From assembly GCF_000011805.1 (NCBI RefSeq), contig NC_006840.2: a stretch of DNA of 32,000 nt. One strand, given 5' to 3'. Position numbers and translations under genes: made by a program. Below, one piece after another: positions 23,415-32,000 of this stretch. This DNA comes from Aliivibrio fischeri ES114 (GTDB taxonomy: Bacteria > Pseudomonadota > Gammaproteobacteria > Enterobacterales > Vibrionaceae). Numbering within the stretch: position 1 is the first letter of the stretch; each line of letters starts with the position of its first letter. The notes beneath the pieces are model-generated. The model searched no databases. It saw nothing but the letters and a program-made list of their open reading frames with translations, and was not told the origin of the DNA.

Positions 23415-23435
23415 CTTTACATAAGAAACCAATAA

Positions 23436-23464
23436 AAAAGGCAGTTATCTATTAACTGCCTTTT
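23436..23464. terminator. Rho-independent terminator between convergent genes
   Basis: AAAAGGCAGTTA-tctat-TAACTGCCTTTT perfect 12-bp stem. Confidence 0.8.
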
Positions 23465-23492
23465 ACTTACTAACACTAAGCCTTAAAGCTAA

Positions 23493-23771
23493 TTAAGCGT
23501 GTTGTAATTCATCCCACAGCTCAGCAACAATAATACGGTCTGCTGGAGATAATTCTGATTTTGCTTTTTCAAGGCTATCATTAATATGATTTTTTAAGAT
23601 ATCGAGATCGTTAATACCTTGCTCTTCGCAATTAGCTACTGATAACGAAATATGACCACGTAAGTAGCCGCCGGCAAATAACTCATCATCAGATGCCGAT
23701 TCAATTCGAGCATCAATTAATTCAAGCATTTTTTCTTCAAATTCAATGATCATCTTTTTCCTATTGGACAA
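23493..23771 (-). CDS. YfcL family protein
   Basis: 92 aa, YfcL-like sequence. Its start overlaps the 3' end of epmC, and the neighbourhood matches yfcL-epmC. Confidence 0.85.
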   Translation of the reverse strand: MSNRKKMIIEFEEKMLELIDARIESASDDELFAGGYLRGHISLSVANCEEQGINDLDILKNHINDSLEKAKSELSPADRIIVAELWDELQHA

Positions 23772-24291
23772 TAAATTGTTCTTTAGTTAATGGGGCTATT
23801 TGATAAAACTCACGCAATGCATTAGATAGCATATCAACTCGTGGTGGTAATCCACTATCTAAAATTGTCATTACTTCATTATGTACTTTTGTCATGAATG
23901 CTAAACGATCTGGCTCAAAATCGCCATTCAAGTTATCGCAGCTAACGTTAAATTTTAATCCTGCGCTTAATGACAAAATCCATTCATACGCTTGTGGTCG
24001 AATTTCAACTTTTTCAAACTCAGCTTGCACTTGCTCTGTACGTCCATCAGGCTCGTACCAGTAACCGAAATCTTCCAATAATCGACGTTCAGGTCCAGCA
24101 ACACACCAATGTGCTATTTCATGCATACCTGATTGATAGAAACCACGAGCAAAAATAATACGATGATAAGTAAATTCATCACCTGCAGGTAAATAGATAG
24201 GTTCATCACCACCAAGCTCTAGCTTAGTATTGAAAGAATCATAAAAGGTATTATTAAAAATAGAGATTAAATCTTGGTATTGGTGCGACAT
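23761..24291 (-). CDS. epmC: Elongation factor P hydroxylase (EpmC/YfcM)
   Basis: 176 aa. GMHEIAHWCVAGPERRLLEDFGYWYEPDGR motif. Confidence 0.92.
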   Translation of the reverse strand: MSHQYQDLISIFNNTFYDSFNTKLELGGDEPIYLPAGDEFTYHRIIFARGFYQSGMHEIAHWCVAGPERRLLEDFGYWYEPDGRTEQVQAEFEKVEIRPQAYEWILSLSAGLKFNVSCDNLNGDFEPDRLAFMTKVHNEVMTILDSGLPPRVDMLSNALREFYQIAPLTKEQFIVQ

Positions 24292-24481
24292 GCCACGAGC
24301 TTAAAAATTATAAATTGAACGACATTCTACCGCATGAATATTAAAAGACATATGTAGATAAATTTTTTTTATCTTCTTTTTCAAAATTATTCATTATGTG
24401 TAAAAAGATCGAACTGATACTCTCCGCAAAAATTACCTATGTGAATTATTTTATCCTTTTTTATTTGGAGCTATCAAAGCT

Positions 24482-25015
24482 GTGAATGACATCACTTTAG
24501 ATTTAACTCAATTACTCGATTTAGGCCCTTTTTCTTGGACTGCGATTTTTGCTTGTGCATTTAATGGCTTTCTTATTGGCACAGAGCGCCAAACACGTGG
24601 AAAACCAGTAGGAATAAGAACCTCAATTTTAATTATTTCAGGCACTTACTTCTTTCTTGCAATGGCGGTATCTCTATCACCAAATACATTAGATCAAGCC
24701 AGAGTATTAGGGCAAATTATTACTGGAGTTGGCTTTCTTGGCGCAGGTGTAATGATGACTCTTGATGGAAAAATACATGGTGTAACCTCTGCGGCCATTA
24801 TTTGGGTGCTTGCGGCTTTAGGTATGATGATAGCACTAGGTTATATTCAACAATCCATTATTATTACTTTACTCGCTCTGTTTGTACTCTTAGGAATTGA
24901 TAAACTTGAAAATTCATTTAAAAGTTTACGTCGTGGTGTACACCAAAAAATTCTAAATATCAGAATACACAAACCAAAAGCTCAAAAAATAGACATTAGA
25001 CATAACAAAAACTAA
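24482..25015 (+). CDS. MgtC/SapB family membrane protein
   Basis: 177 aa, GTG start. GTERQTRGKPVGIRT and GVGFLGAGVMM motifs with several TM helices. Confidence 0.87.
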   Translation: MNDITLDLTQLLDLGPFSWTAIFACAFNGFLIGTERQTRGKPVGIRTSILIISGTYFFLAMAVSLSPNTLDQARVLGQIITGVGFLGAGVMMTLDGKIHGVTSAAIIWVLAALGMMIALGYIQQSIIITLLALFVLLGIDKLENSFKSLRRGVHQKILNIRIHKPKAQKIDIRHNKN

Positions 25016-25120
25016 TCCGAATTAATTCAGAATAGTTTTTTTCATTCGTCATTAGTCGTTTAATTACATAAAATCTGTGGCTTCTTTTTTTGCCTACTTG
25101 GCACGTTACGGTATTAGAAA

Positions 25121-25762
25121 ATGTTATTAACAATTCTTTATATTATTGGGATCACCGCTGAAGCTATGACAGGCGCATTAGCTGCCGGTAAGAAAAAAAT
25201 GGATTGGTTTGGCGTAATGCTGGTTGCAAGTGTAACTGCCATTGGCGGTGGTACTGTACGAGATATCCTTCTTGGACACTACCCTATCGGATGGGTGAAA
25301 AATCCACAGTTTCTAGTAATTACGTGTATTGCGGGTGTATTAACTACTTGGATCGGCCCATGGGTGGCTAAGAACCATCGCTTCTTTGTTTTACTTGATG
25401 CGATTGGCCTTATCGTATTTAGTATCATCGGCTCTCAAGTTGCGTTAGATATGGGACTACACCCACTAATTTGTGTTGTTGCAGCTATCGTAACTGGTGT
25501 ATTCGGCGGTTTACTTCGTGATCTTTTCTGCCGCCAACAACCTATGGTATTACATAAAGAGCTATACGCATCCGTCTCTTTATTATCTGCTGTTTTATAC
25601 ATTGGCTTACTTCATTTTGGCGTTGATGAACTAATTACAACGATTGTCACTATCGTTATTGGTTTCTCTGCACGTATGGCTGCAGTTAAATTTGGTTGGT
25701 GTTTACCAGTATTCCACTTGGATATTGGAGAGGAGCAACCAGAAACGATTGAAAAAAGATAA
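25121..25762 (+). CDS. TRIC/UPF0126 (YadS-like) membrane protein
   Basis: 213 aa. GTVRDILLGHYPIGW and GGLLRDLF repeat motifs with about 6-7 TM segments. Confidence 0.88.
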   Translation: MLLTILYIIGITAEAMTGALAAGKKKMDWFGVMLVASVTAIGGGTVRDILLGHYPIGWVKNPQFLVITCIAGVLTTWIGPWVAKNHRFFVLLDAIGLIVFSIIGSQVALDMGLHPLICVVAAIVTGVFGGLLRDLFCRQQPMVLHKELYASVSLLSAVLYIGLLHFGVDELITTIVTIVIGFSARMAAVKFGWCLPVFHLDIGEEQPETIEKR

Positions 25763-25779
25763 ACCCTAAAGAAACTCGA

Positions 25780-25904
25780 TTTTAGGGACGAGTAAGATCA
25801 AAAAGAGCCAGATTGAATATAACGTCAATCTGGCTCTTTTTATTTATGTCAGTAGTAGGGGCTATTCTCCCCCGCTTTTAACTCGCTCTTATTCGTCCCT
25901 AAAA
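25780..25904. repeat. Inverted repeat (17/18 match) enclosing a terminator hairpin
   Basis: TTTTAGGGACGAGTAAGA (25780-25797) and TCTTATTCGTCCCTAAAA (25887-25904). Confidence 0.7.
25800..25841. terminator. Strong bidirectional terminator between the TRIC-like gene and aroC
   Basis: Perfect 17-bp stem AAAAAGAGCCAGATTGA / TCAATCTGGCTCTTTTT with 8-nt loop. Confidence 0.88.
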
Positions 25905-25925
25905 ACTAGTCCCTATCTCCTACAA

Positions 25926-27011
25926 CTAAATCTTAGGCGTCTCAGTTTGAACACCAAAGTTTTGTCCACGATGACGTACTAAGTGATCCATTACAACAAT
26001 CGCTAGCATCGCTTCTGCAATTGGCACAGCACGAATACCAACACATGGATCATGACGACCTTTAGTTATCAATTCTGTTTTTTCTCCGCTACGAGTAATG
26101 GTTTCACCCGGAACCGTAATGCTTGACGTTGGTTTTAAGGCAATATGAGCCACAATATCTTGGCCAGATGAAATACCACCTAAAATACCACCGGCGTGAT
26201 TCGAGCTAAAACCTTCAGGCGTCAATGGATCACGATGTTCAGAACCACGCTGATTAACCACTTCAAAGCCATCACCAATCTCAACACCTTTAACAGCATT
26301 AATCCCCATAAGAGCATGAGCAACATCTGCATCTAAACGATCAAATACCGGCTCGCCTAAACCAACAGGAACGCCTTGCGCTACAACCGTGATCTTTGCT
26401 CCAATAGAGTCACCTTCTTTCTTTAACTTACGAATAAGCTCATCAAAAGCATCAACTTTACTCGCGTCAGGGCAGAAAAAAGCATTATTTTCAATTTCAT
26501 TCCAATCAACAGAATCAATCGATACATCGCCCATTTGTGATAAATAAGCTCGAATCTCAATACCAAACTCTTGCTTCAAATACTTTTTAGCTACTGCACC
26601 TGCTGCAACACGCATAGCAGTTTCACGTGCGGATGAACGACCACCACCACGGTAATCACGTTGCCCATACTTCTGATGGTAAGTGTAATCTGCATGGCCT
26701 GGGCGGAATTTATCTTTTATCTCAGAGTAATCTTTTGAGCGTTGATCTGTATTTTCAATTAATAGACCAATAGAAGTACCCGTTGTTTTTCCTTCAAAAA
26801 CACCAGATAAGATCTTCACTTCATCCGCTTCGCGGCGCTGTGTTGTGTATTTTGACGTCCCCGGTTTGCGACGATCAAGATCAACTTGTAAATCAGCTTC
26901 GGTTAATTCCAAACCTGGAGGGCAGCCATCAACAATGCAGCCTAACGCTAACCCGTGGCTTTCACCAAACGTCGTTACTCGAAAATGTTGTCCTATAGAA
27001 TTTCCAGCCAT
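25926..27011 (-). CDS. aroC: Chorismate synthase
   Basis: 361 aa. [33 protein letters not shown]-like ([20 protein letters not shown]). Confidence 0.97.
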   Translation of the reverse strand: MAGNSIGQHFRVTTFGESHGLALGCIVDGCPPGLELTEADLQVDLDRRKPGTSKYTTQRREADEVKILSGVFEGKTTGTSIGLLIENTDQRSKDYSEIKDKFRPGHADYTYHQKYGQRDYRGGGRSSARETAMRVAAGAVAKKYLKQEFGIEIRAYLSQMGDVSIDSVDWNEIENNAFFCPDASKVDAFDELIRKLKKEGDSIGAKITVVAQGVPVGLGEPVFDRLDADVAHALMGINAVKGVEIGDGFEVVNQRGSEHRDPLTPEGFSSNHAGGILGGISSGQDIVAHIALKPTSSITVPGETITRSGEKTELITKGRHDPCVGIRAVPIAEAMLAIVVMDHLVRHRGQNFGVQTETPKI

Positions 27012-27356
27012 TACTTCCTCTGTAAATATAAGTGATTAGTCATCATTCACCTGACTAACAATCAGTTCTTAATAAAACCATATTGGCTTGAATCGTATTG
27101 AGAGTAAACCCCTATCCCAAGGTTTATCTTTCAGTTATTGTTTTTTTTAATTTTAATCCTTTTTTGCCACCTTCACCCAACAACGGCAAAACGTGACCGC
27201 CATTCCAAAAATATGGTAAGATAACTCTCAGATTAAAGAATAAATAAATTTAAATAACTTAAAACTTGCTATTAAAAATAAAAATTGAACATTTTTGATA
27301 CAAAAAAGCAAAAGTTTTCAATTATACTGTCGATATAATTATCAATAATATGTAAT

Positions 27357-27372
27357 TGGCACTAATCCTGCT
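27357..27372 (+). promoter_or_regulatory. Near-consensus sigma54 -24/-12 element
   Basis: TGGCAC-TAATC-CTGCT with canonical GG/GC spacing. Predicted +1 near 27383, upstream of a short ORF. Confidence 0.6.
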
Positions 27373-27410
27373 ATATACAATATGTAGTTAATTTAATGGA
27401 TATCAATTCA

Positions 27411-27524
27411 ATGAAACTGATTCGTTTAGTTAAAAAAGCATTAAGTAAGAAGCATTCAAGTCAAAAACAACAAGAACTTCGCAAACGACTGGATTTTGCA
27501 ATGTCACAAAGTAAACAAGCATAA
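27411..27524 (+). CDS. Putative small basic protein (37 aa; 42 aa if it starts at the in-frame ATG at 27396)
   Basis: MKLIRLVKKALSKKHSSQKQQELRKRLDFAMSQSKQA*. Lies between a sigma54-like element and a terminator. The ribosome-binding site is weak. Confidence 0.45.
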   Translation: MKLIRLVKKALSKKHSSQKQQELRKRLDFAMSQSKQA

Positions 27525-27553
27525 AAAAAGCCCGATGTTTCCATCAGGCTTTC
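27525..27553. terminator. Terminator shared by the small ORF and convergent prmB
   Basis: AAAAGCCcGATG-tttc-CATCaGGCTTT hairpin directly after the stop codon. A-tract on the left and short T-runs on the right. Confidence 0.7.
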
Positions 27554-27570
27554 ATTTAGATTAATTTGGT

Positions 27571-28515
27571 TTAGTCGCGATAAAGAGCAAACTCATCTGC
27601 GCAATCAAGAAGTTGCTGCTTAGTTAACATGAATACACCATGTCCACCTTCCGCAAACTCAATCCAAGTAAATGGAATGTCTGGGTATTGCTCCATCATA
27701 TGAACCATTGAGTTACCCACTTCACAGATTAAGAAACCGTTATCCATTAAATAATCTGGTGCATTTGCTAAAATACGACGAACTAACTTCAATCCATCTG
27801 TACCTGCTGCTAAACCTAATTCAGGTTCATGCTCAAACTCTTCCGGTAAGCTATTCATATCCTCTTCATCCACATAAGGTGGGTTAGAGACAATGAAGTT
27901 ATACTGATCTTTAGGAATATCACGTAATAGATCTGAGCGGATTGGGAACACTTGTTGCTCCATGCCATGATCTTGAACATTTTGTTCAGCAACCATTAAT
28001 GCATCCGTCGAAATATCAATCGCATCTACTTCCGCATTTGGGAACGCATGAGCACACGCAATCGCAATACAACCACTACCCGTACATAAATCCATAATAC
28101 GTGTAGGCTCTTCGGTTAACCACGGTTCGAATTGTGTTTCAATCAACTCTGCAATTGGTGAACGAGGCACAAGTACACGCTCATCAACAAAAAACTCAAG
28201 GCCACAGAACCACGCTTTATTCGTTAAATAAGCCGTAGGAATACGCTCATTAATACGACGTACAACACGCTCAACAATACGTAAACGCTCTGTTGATGTT
28301 AAGCGTGATTCACGCACATGCGCTGGCACATCAATTGGTAAGTACAGTGTTGGAAGCACAAGTTGAACAGCTTCATCCCATGCGTTATCTGTACCGTGAC
28401 CATAAAAAAGACCCGCAGCATTAAAACGACTTACCGTCCAACGCAGCATATCTTGTAACGTATGAAGCTCAGCGACCGCCTCTTCTACAAAAATCTTATC
28501 CAAAATTGCCCCCAA
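27571..28515 (-). CDS. prmB: 50S ribosomal protein L3 glutamine methyltransferase PrmB
   Basis: 314 aa. [18 protein letters not shown] motif, VSNPPYVD (NPPY) catalytic motif. Adjacent to aroC and smrB. Confidence 0.94.
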   Translation of the reverse strand: MGAILDKIFVEEAVAELHTLQDMLRWTVSRFNAAGLFYGHGTDNAWDEAVQLVLPTLYLPIDVPAHVRESRLTSTERLRIVERVVRRINERIPTAYLTNKAWFCGLEFFVDERVLVPRSPIAELIETQFEPWLTEEPTRIMDLCTGSGCIAIACAHAFPNAEVDAIDISTDALMVAEQNVQDHGMEQQVFPIRSDLLRDIPKDQYNFIVSNPPYVDEEDMNSLPEEFEHEPELGLAAGTDGLKLVRRILANAPDYLMDNGFLICEVGNSMVHMMEQYPDIPFTWIEFAEGGHGVFMLTKQQLLDCADEFALYRD

Positions 28516-28555
28516 AACAAGTTATAATACTACTGTTAATTATTGGAATTTAAAA

Positions 28556-29089
28556 ATGAGCAAAAACGACCACCTATCAGATGACGAACTTTCGCTGTTC
28601 CGTGAAGCAGTACAAGGCTCTAAAAAGTTGCAACAGGATACCATAATCCATCAGCCGAGTAAGAACTTTAGCGACCTACAACAGCAAAGAAAATCATTAA
28701 AAGAAGGGAAAAATGAAGAGTTTTTCTTTTCTGATGAATTTGTACCACTTCTGAGTGAAGATGGTCCAATTCGCTATGCCCGTGATGACGTATCAAAATA
28801 CGAAGTAAAACGCTTACGACGTGGCGTATACGTACCTGATGTATTTTTAGATATGCATGGTATGAAACAAGATGAAGCCAAGCGTGAATTAGGCTCTATG
28901 ATTGCTTATTGCCTTAAAGAAAATATCTCTTGTGCGAGTGTTATGCATGGTATTGGCAAACATATTCTTAAACAGAAAGTGCCTCTATGGTTAGCCCAAC
29001 ATCCCGATGTAATGGCTTTTCACCAAGCCCCTCTAGAGTTTGGTGGTGCAGGTGCCATTCTAGTATTACTCTCAATACCTGATAGATAA
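28556..29089 (+). CDS. smrB: Smr-domain ribosome rescue endonuclease SmrB (YfcN)
   Basis: 177 aa. LDMHGMKQDEAK...VMHGIGKHILKQKVPLWL Smr motifs. Confidence 0.92.
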   Translation: MSKNDHLSDDELSLFREAVQGSKKLQQDTIIHQPSKNFSDLQQQRKSLKEGKNEEFFFSDEFVPLLSEDGPIRYARDDVSKYEVKRLRRGVYVPDVFLDMHGMKQDEAKRELGSMIAYCLKENISCASVMHGIGKHILKQKVPLWLAQHPDVMAFHQAPLEFGGAGAILVLLSIPDR

Positions 29090-29128
29090 AAAAAGATCCC
29101 ACAGCCGTTAAGCTCTGGGATCTTTTTT
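29089..29128. terminator. Rho-independent terminator between convergent smrB and sixA
   Basis: AAAAAGATCCCAcAG...CTcTGGGATCTTTTTT. Confidence 0.8.
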
Positions 29129-29152
29129 ATTTCATCTGTTTTCTATATGAAT

Positions 29153-29623
29153 TTATGGTTGCTGCAACCAAAGTAACTCACTTTTCCCTGTTGTATATGA
29201 ATATTCAACACAAGACATTGCTGATGTTGGGAACATCGGAGGCATAATTCCCGGAACAAAATCAGCAGTAAGGTAGCCAACGAGTGGTAAGTGAGAGACT
29301 AATAAAATATTCTCAATATCCTCAACACTTCCCAAAGCTTTTACATACTCAACCACATCATCTGAGTCGCCATAAGGAGTAATATCTTCACATATTTCTA
29401 CTTTTGCGTCCGCCACATTCAAAATTGACTTAATCGTATTCCACGTTTGTTGCGCTCGAACATAAGGGCTAACCAAGACATAATCAAACTGTATCTTATG
29501 TTCAGCCATCAGCCATTGCGCTATTTTCGCAGATTGGCTTTCGCCATGAGCGGTTAAATTACGCTCTTCATCTGAAGGAGCATAAGCTTCAGCCTCACCG
29601 TGACGCATTATGAATACTTTCAT
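29153..29623 (-). CDS. sixA: Phosphohistidine phosphatase SixA
   Basis: 156 aa. MKVFIMRHGEAEAYA RHG motif and VSHLPLVG. Confidence 0.92.
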   Translation of the reverse strand: MKVFIMRHGEAEAYAPSDEERNLTAHGESQSAKIAQWLMAEHKIQFDYVLVSPYVRAQQTWNTIKSILNVADAKVEICEDITPYGDSDDVVEYVKALGSVEDIENILLVSHLPLVGYLTADFVPGIMPPMFPTSAMSCVEYSYTTGKSELLWLQQP

Positions 29624-29867
29624 TTATTCATTCTCAAATCATTACTAACTTCACAATAGTAGCAAGCAAAAGTAAAAATAGGAAAGAGAGAGTTTGCTAG
29701 TCTGTGGTATCAGCGCCATAATTGATAAAATAATTATACAAATAATGTCAAAAGAGTTAGCCATTATATTCAATTGGTTATCTTATTATTGATAACCATT
29801 GATAAACTCTGCATTCAATATTTGACTATAAAAATAAAGCCCTTACGCCTTAAAACAGGAGCACCCT

Positions 29868-32000
29868 GTGCACATCAGTCCGAATGATAAAAAACATTAC
29901 CGCTTAATTGAGCTTGATAATAAATTACCCGTCTTGCTCATTCAGGATGAAACAGCACCACGCTCAGCCGCCGCCCTTTCTGTTAATGTCGGTCATTTTG
30001 ACGATCCTGATGATCGTCAAGGCCTTGCTCACTTCTTAGAGCATATGCTGTTTCTCGGTACACAAAAATACCCAAAAGTTGGAGAGTTTCACTCTTTCAT
30101 TAATCAGCAAGGTGGCTCTAATAACGCATGGACAGGAACCGAAAATACCACCTTCTTTTTTGAAGTATCGCATTCAGCGTTTGAAGAAGGATTGGATCGC
30201 TTTGGTCAATTTTTCTATGCCTCATTATTCAATGAGGAAGCTGTAGATAAAGAGCGTAATGCGGTTGATTCAGAGTATAAACTCAAATTAAAAGATGATG
30301 TTCGCCGCATTTATCAAGTTCATAAAGAAACCGTTAACCAAGCCCACCCTTTCTCTAAATTCTCCGTTGGTAGCATTGATACATTAGCAGATAAAGAGAG
30401 CTCATCTATCCGCGATGAAATGCTCACTTTTTATCAAACGCATTATTCTGCTGATTTAATGACAGCCGTTGTACTTGGGAATCGACCTCTTTGTGAGTTA
30501 GAGCTATTAGCAACTCAATCTTTTGCATCAATCCCTAATCAAAATCTTGGACATAAAGAAATTAATGTTTCTTATGTCACACCAAAAGAACAAAGTTGTT
30601 GGATTAACATTGAACCGCTAAAAGAAGTTAGAAAGCTAAGTCTTGCGTTTCATTTACCTAATCAAGATCGTTTTTATAAAACAAAACCGCTTAATTATCT
30701 TGGTCACCTTCTTGGCTATGAAGGTGACGGCAGCTTAATGCTCTACCTGAAAAAATTAGGATATATTCACTCATTGACTGCAGGCGGTGGGGTAAGCGGA
30801 AGTAACTTCAGAGAATTTACTCTTTCTTTTAATCTGACCGAAAAAGGCATGCTTCATCTTGATGAGATCATTCTCAATACTTATCAGTATATTGAATTGA
30901 TTAAACAGCAAGGTCTTGATGAGTGGCGCTACAATGAAAAGAAAGCGGTATTAGAATCTGCATTTCAATTCCAAGAAAAAACTAAGCCTCTTGATTTAGT
31001 TAGTCACTTAGTCATGAATTTACAGCGTTATCATAAAGAAGATGCTATGTACGCTGATTACATGATGGAAGGTTATCATGAACAACACGTTCTCGATCTA
31101 CTTGAGCAATTTACCCCTGAAAAAATGCGAGTCACTCTCGTAGCTCAAGATTTACAATATGATCGTAAAGATAAGTGGTATCACACCCCTTACTCTGTTC
31201 AGCCATTAAGTGAAGCCCAAATAAAGAGTTGGAGTCATGCTGAACTGCATCCTGAACTTCATTTGCCAGAGAAAAACCCTTATATCTGCTATGATTTAGA
31301 GCCTCAAGAATTAAAAGAAACCACCGTTCTTCCAACATTACTTGAAGACCTACCTGGTTTTCGTCTATGGCATAAGCAAGAAGAAGAATTCCGTGTGCCA
31401 AAAGGCATGGTATACATTGCAATAGATAGCCCACATGCCATTTCAGATCCAAGAAAAATAGTAAAAACACGCTTATGTGTCGAAATGCTTATGGATGCAC
31501 TAAGTGAACAAACTTACCAAGCTGAAATTGCAGGAATGGGGTATAACCTATATTGCCATCAAGGAGGCGTAACATTAACGCTTTCTGGCTTTAGTCAAAA
31601 ACAGCCCTTATTGCTGGATGTGATATTAAAACGTTTTTCTACACGTGAATTCAGCGCTGAACGATTTGATTTTATAAAAAATCAACTGATCCGTCATTGG
31701 GGGAATGCATCAAAAGAGCGCCCTATTTCACAGCTTTTCAACGCATTATCTGGAATTTTACAACCAAACAACCCTCCATACCCAGTGCTTCTTGAAGCAT
31801 TAGAAAGTATTGAAGTGGATGATTTACCGAATTTTGTTCAAGCTATGTTCGCTGAGTTGCACGTTGAGATGTTTGTCTATGGCGATTGGACTAAAGAACA
31901 AGCGTTGGAATTAGGTCGTTCTTTAAAAGATACCCTACGGATGCAAAATCAAACTTATGGCGAATCATTCCGTCCACTAGTTATGCTTGGGGAATCAGGA
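29868..32000 (+). CDS. Insulinase family (M16) zinc metallopeptidase, protease III-like, partial (C-terminus outside window)
   Basis: Open frame from GTG 29868 to the window end (711 codons, missing from the ORF track). HXXEH motif HFLEHMLFLGTQKYP and downstream NAVDSEYKLKLKDDVRR. Confidence 0.9.
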   Translation, partial: MHISPNDKKHYRLIELDNKLPVLLIQDETAPRSAAALSVNVGHFDDPDDRQGLAHFLEHMLFLGTQKYPKVGEFHSFINQQGGSNNAWTGTENTTFFFEVSHSAFEEGLDRFGQFFYASLFNEEAVDKERNAVDSEYKLKLKDDVRRIYQVHKETVNQAHPFSKFSVGSIDTLADKESSSIRDEMLTFYQTHYSADLMTAVVLGNRPLCELELLATQSFASIPNQNLGHKEINVSYVTPKEQSCWINIEPLKEVRKLSLAFHLPNQDRFYKTKPLNYLGHLLGYEGDGSLMLYLKKLGYIHSLTAGGGVSGSNFREFTLSFNLTEKGMLHLDEIILNTYQYIELIKQQGLDEWRYNEKKAVLESAFQFQEKTKPLDLVSHLVMNLQRYHKEDAMYADYMMEGYHEQHVLDLLEQFTPEKMRVTLVAQDLQYDRKDKWYHTPYSVQPLSEAQIKSWSHAELHPELHLPEKNPYICYDLEPQELKETTVLPTLLEDLPGFRLWHKQEEEFRVPKGMVYIAIDSPHAISDPRKIVKTRLCVEMLMDALSEQTYQAEIAGMGYNLYCHQGGVTLTLSGFSQKQPLLLDVILKRFSTREFSAERFDFIKNQLIRHWGNASKERPISQLFNALSGILQPNNPPYPVLLEALESIEVDDLPNFVQAMFAELHVEMFVYGDWTKEQALELGRSLKDTLRMQNQTYGESFRPLVMLGESG

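Noticed and set aside
24355-24373. AGATAAA...TTTATCT inverted repeat in the epmC-MgtC gap
   Set aside because: Short, very AT-rich symmetry around an oligo-T run. Likely chance at this base composition.
25099-25114. TGGCAC upstream of the TRIC-like gene as a sigma54 promoter
   Set aside because: TGGCAC-GTTAC-GGTAT lacks the required GC dinucleotide at -12.
31132-31470. Minus-strand 112-aa ORF near the window end
   Set aside because: Antisense to the open M16 peptidase frame that begins at 29868 and carries clear catalytic motifs.

Overview
This 32 kb window looks like a mostly conserved chromosomal segment from a Vibrionaceae genome. Gene content and low-GC style suggest Aliivibrio, but that assignment is inference. 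I see no mobile elements, CRISPR arrays, rRNA or tRNA genes, or defence islands.

Gene order, left to right: norW (partial) and norV, divergent from norR; mnmA-hflD; purB; AraC-family regulator; small orphan genes; MCP; DEAD-box helicase; patatin-like phospholipase; YbaK-type deacylase; fhs; YfbU-like; porin; rlmA; outer-membrane beta-barrel; clcA; lpxM; HIT protein; yfcL; epmC; MgtC-like; TRIC/UPF0126-like; aroC; a possible short ORF; prmB; smrB; sixA; partial insulinase-family peptidase.

The main interest is between the genes. The best lead is a near-consensus sigma54 -24/-12 element at 27357-27372, just upstream of an unlisted 37-42 codon basic ORF that ends in a hairpin terminator. Other candidates are a sigma54 promoter with three GT-N7-AC (NorR-type) sites at norV/norR, a sigma28-like promoter before the MCP, a perfect FNR box upstream of clcA, an operator-like palindrome over a -10 region at 19611-19632, a strong Shine-Dalgarno plus micro-ORF near 18500, and a 17/18 inverted repeat enclosing a terminator downstream of the TRIC-like gene. 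I found no clear evidence of a new multi-gene system.
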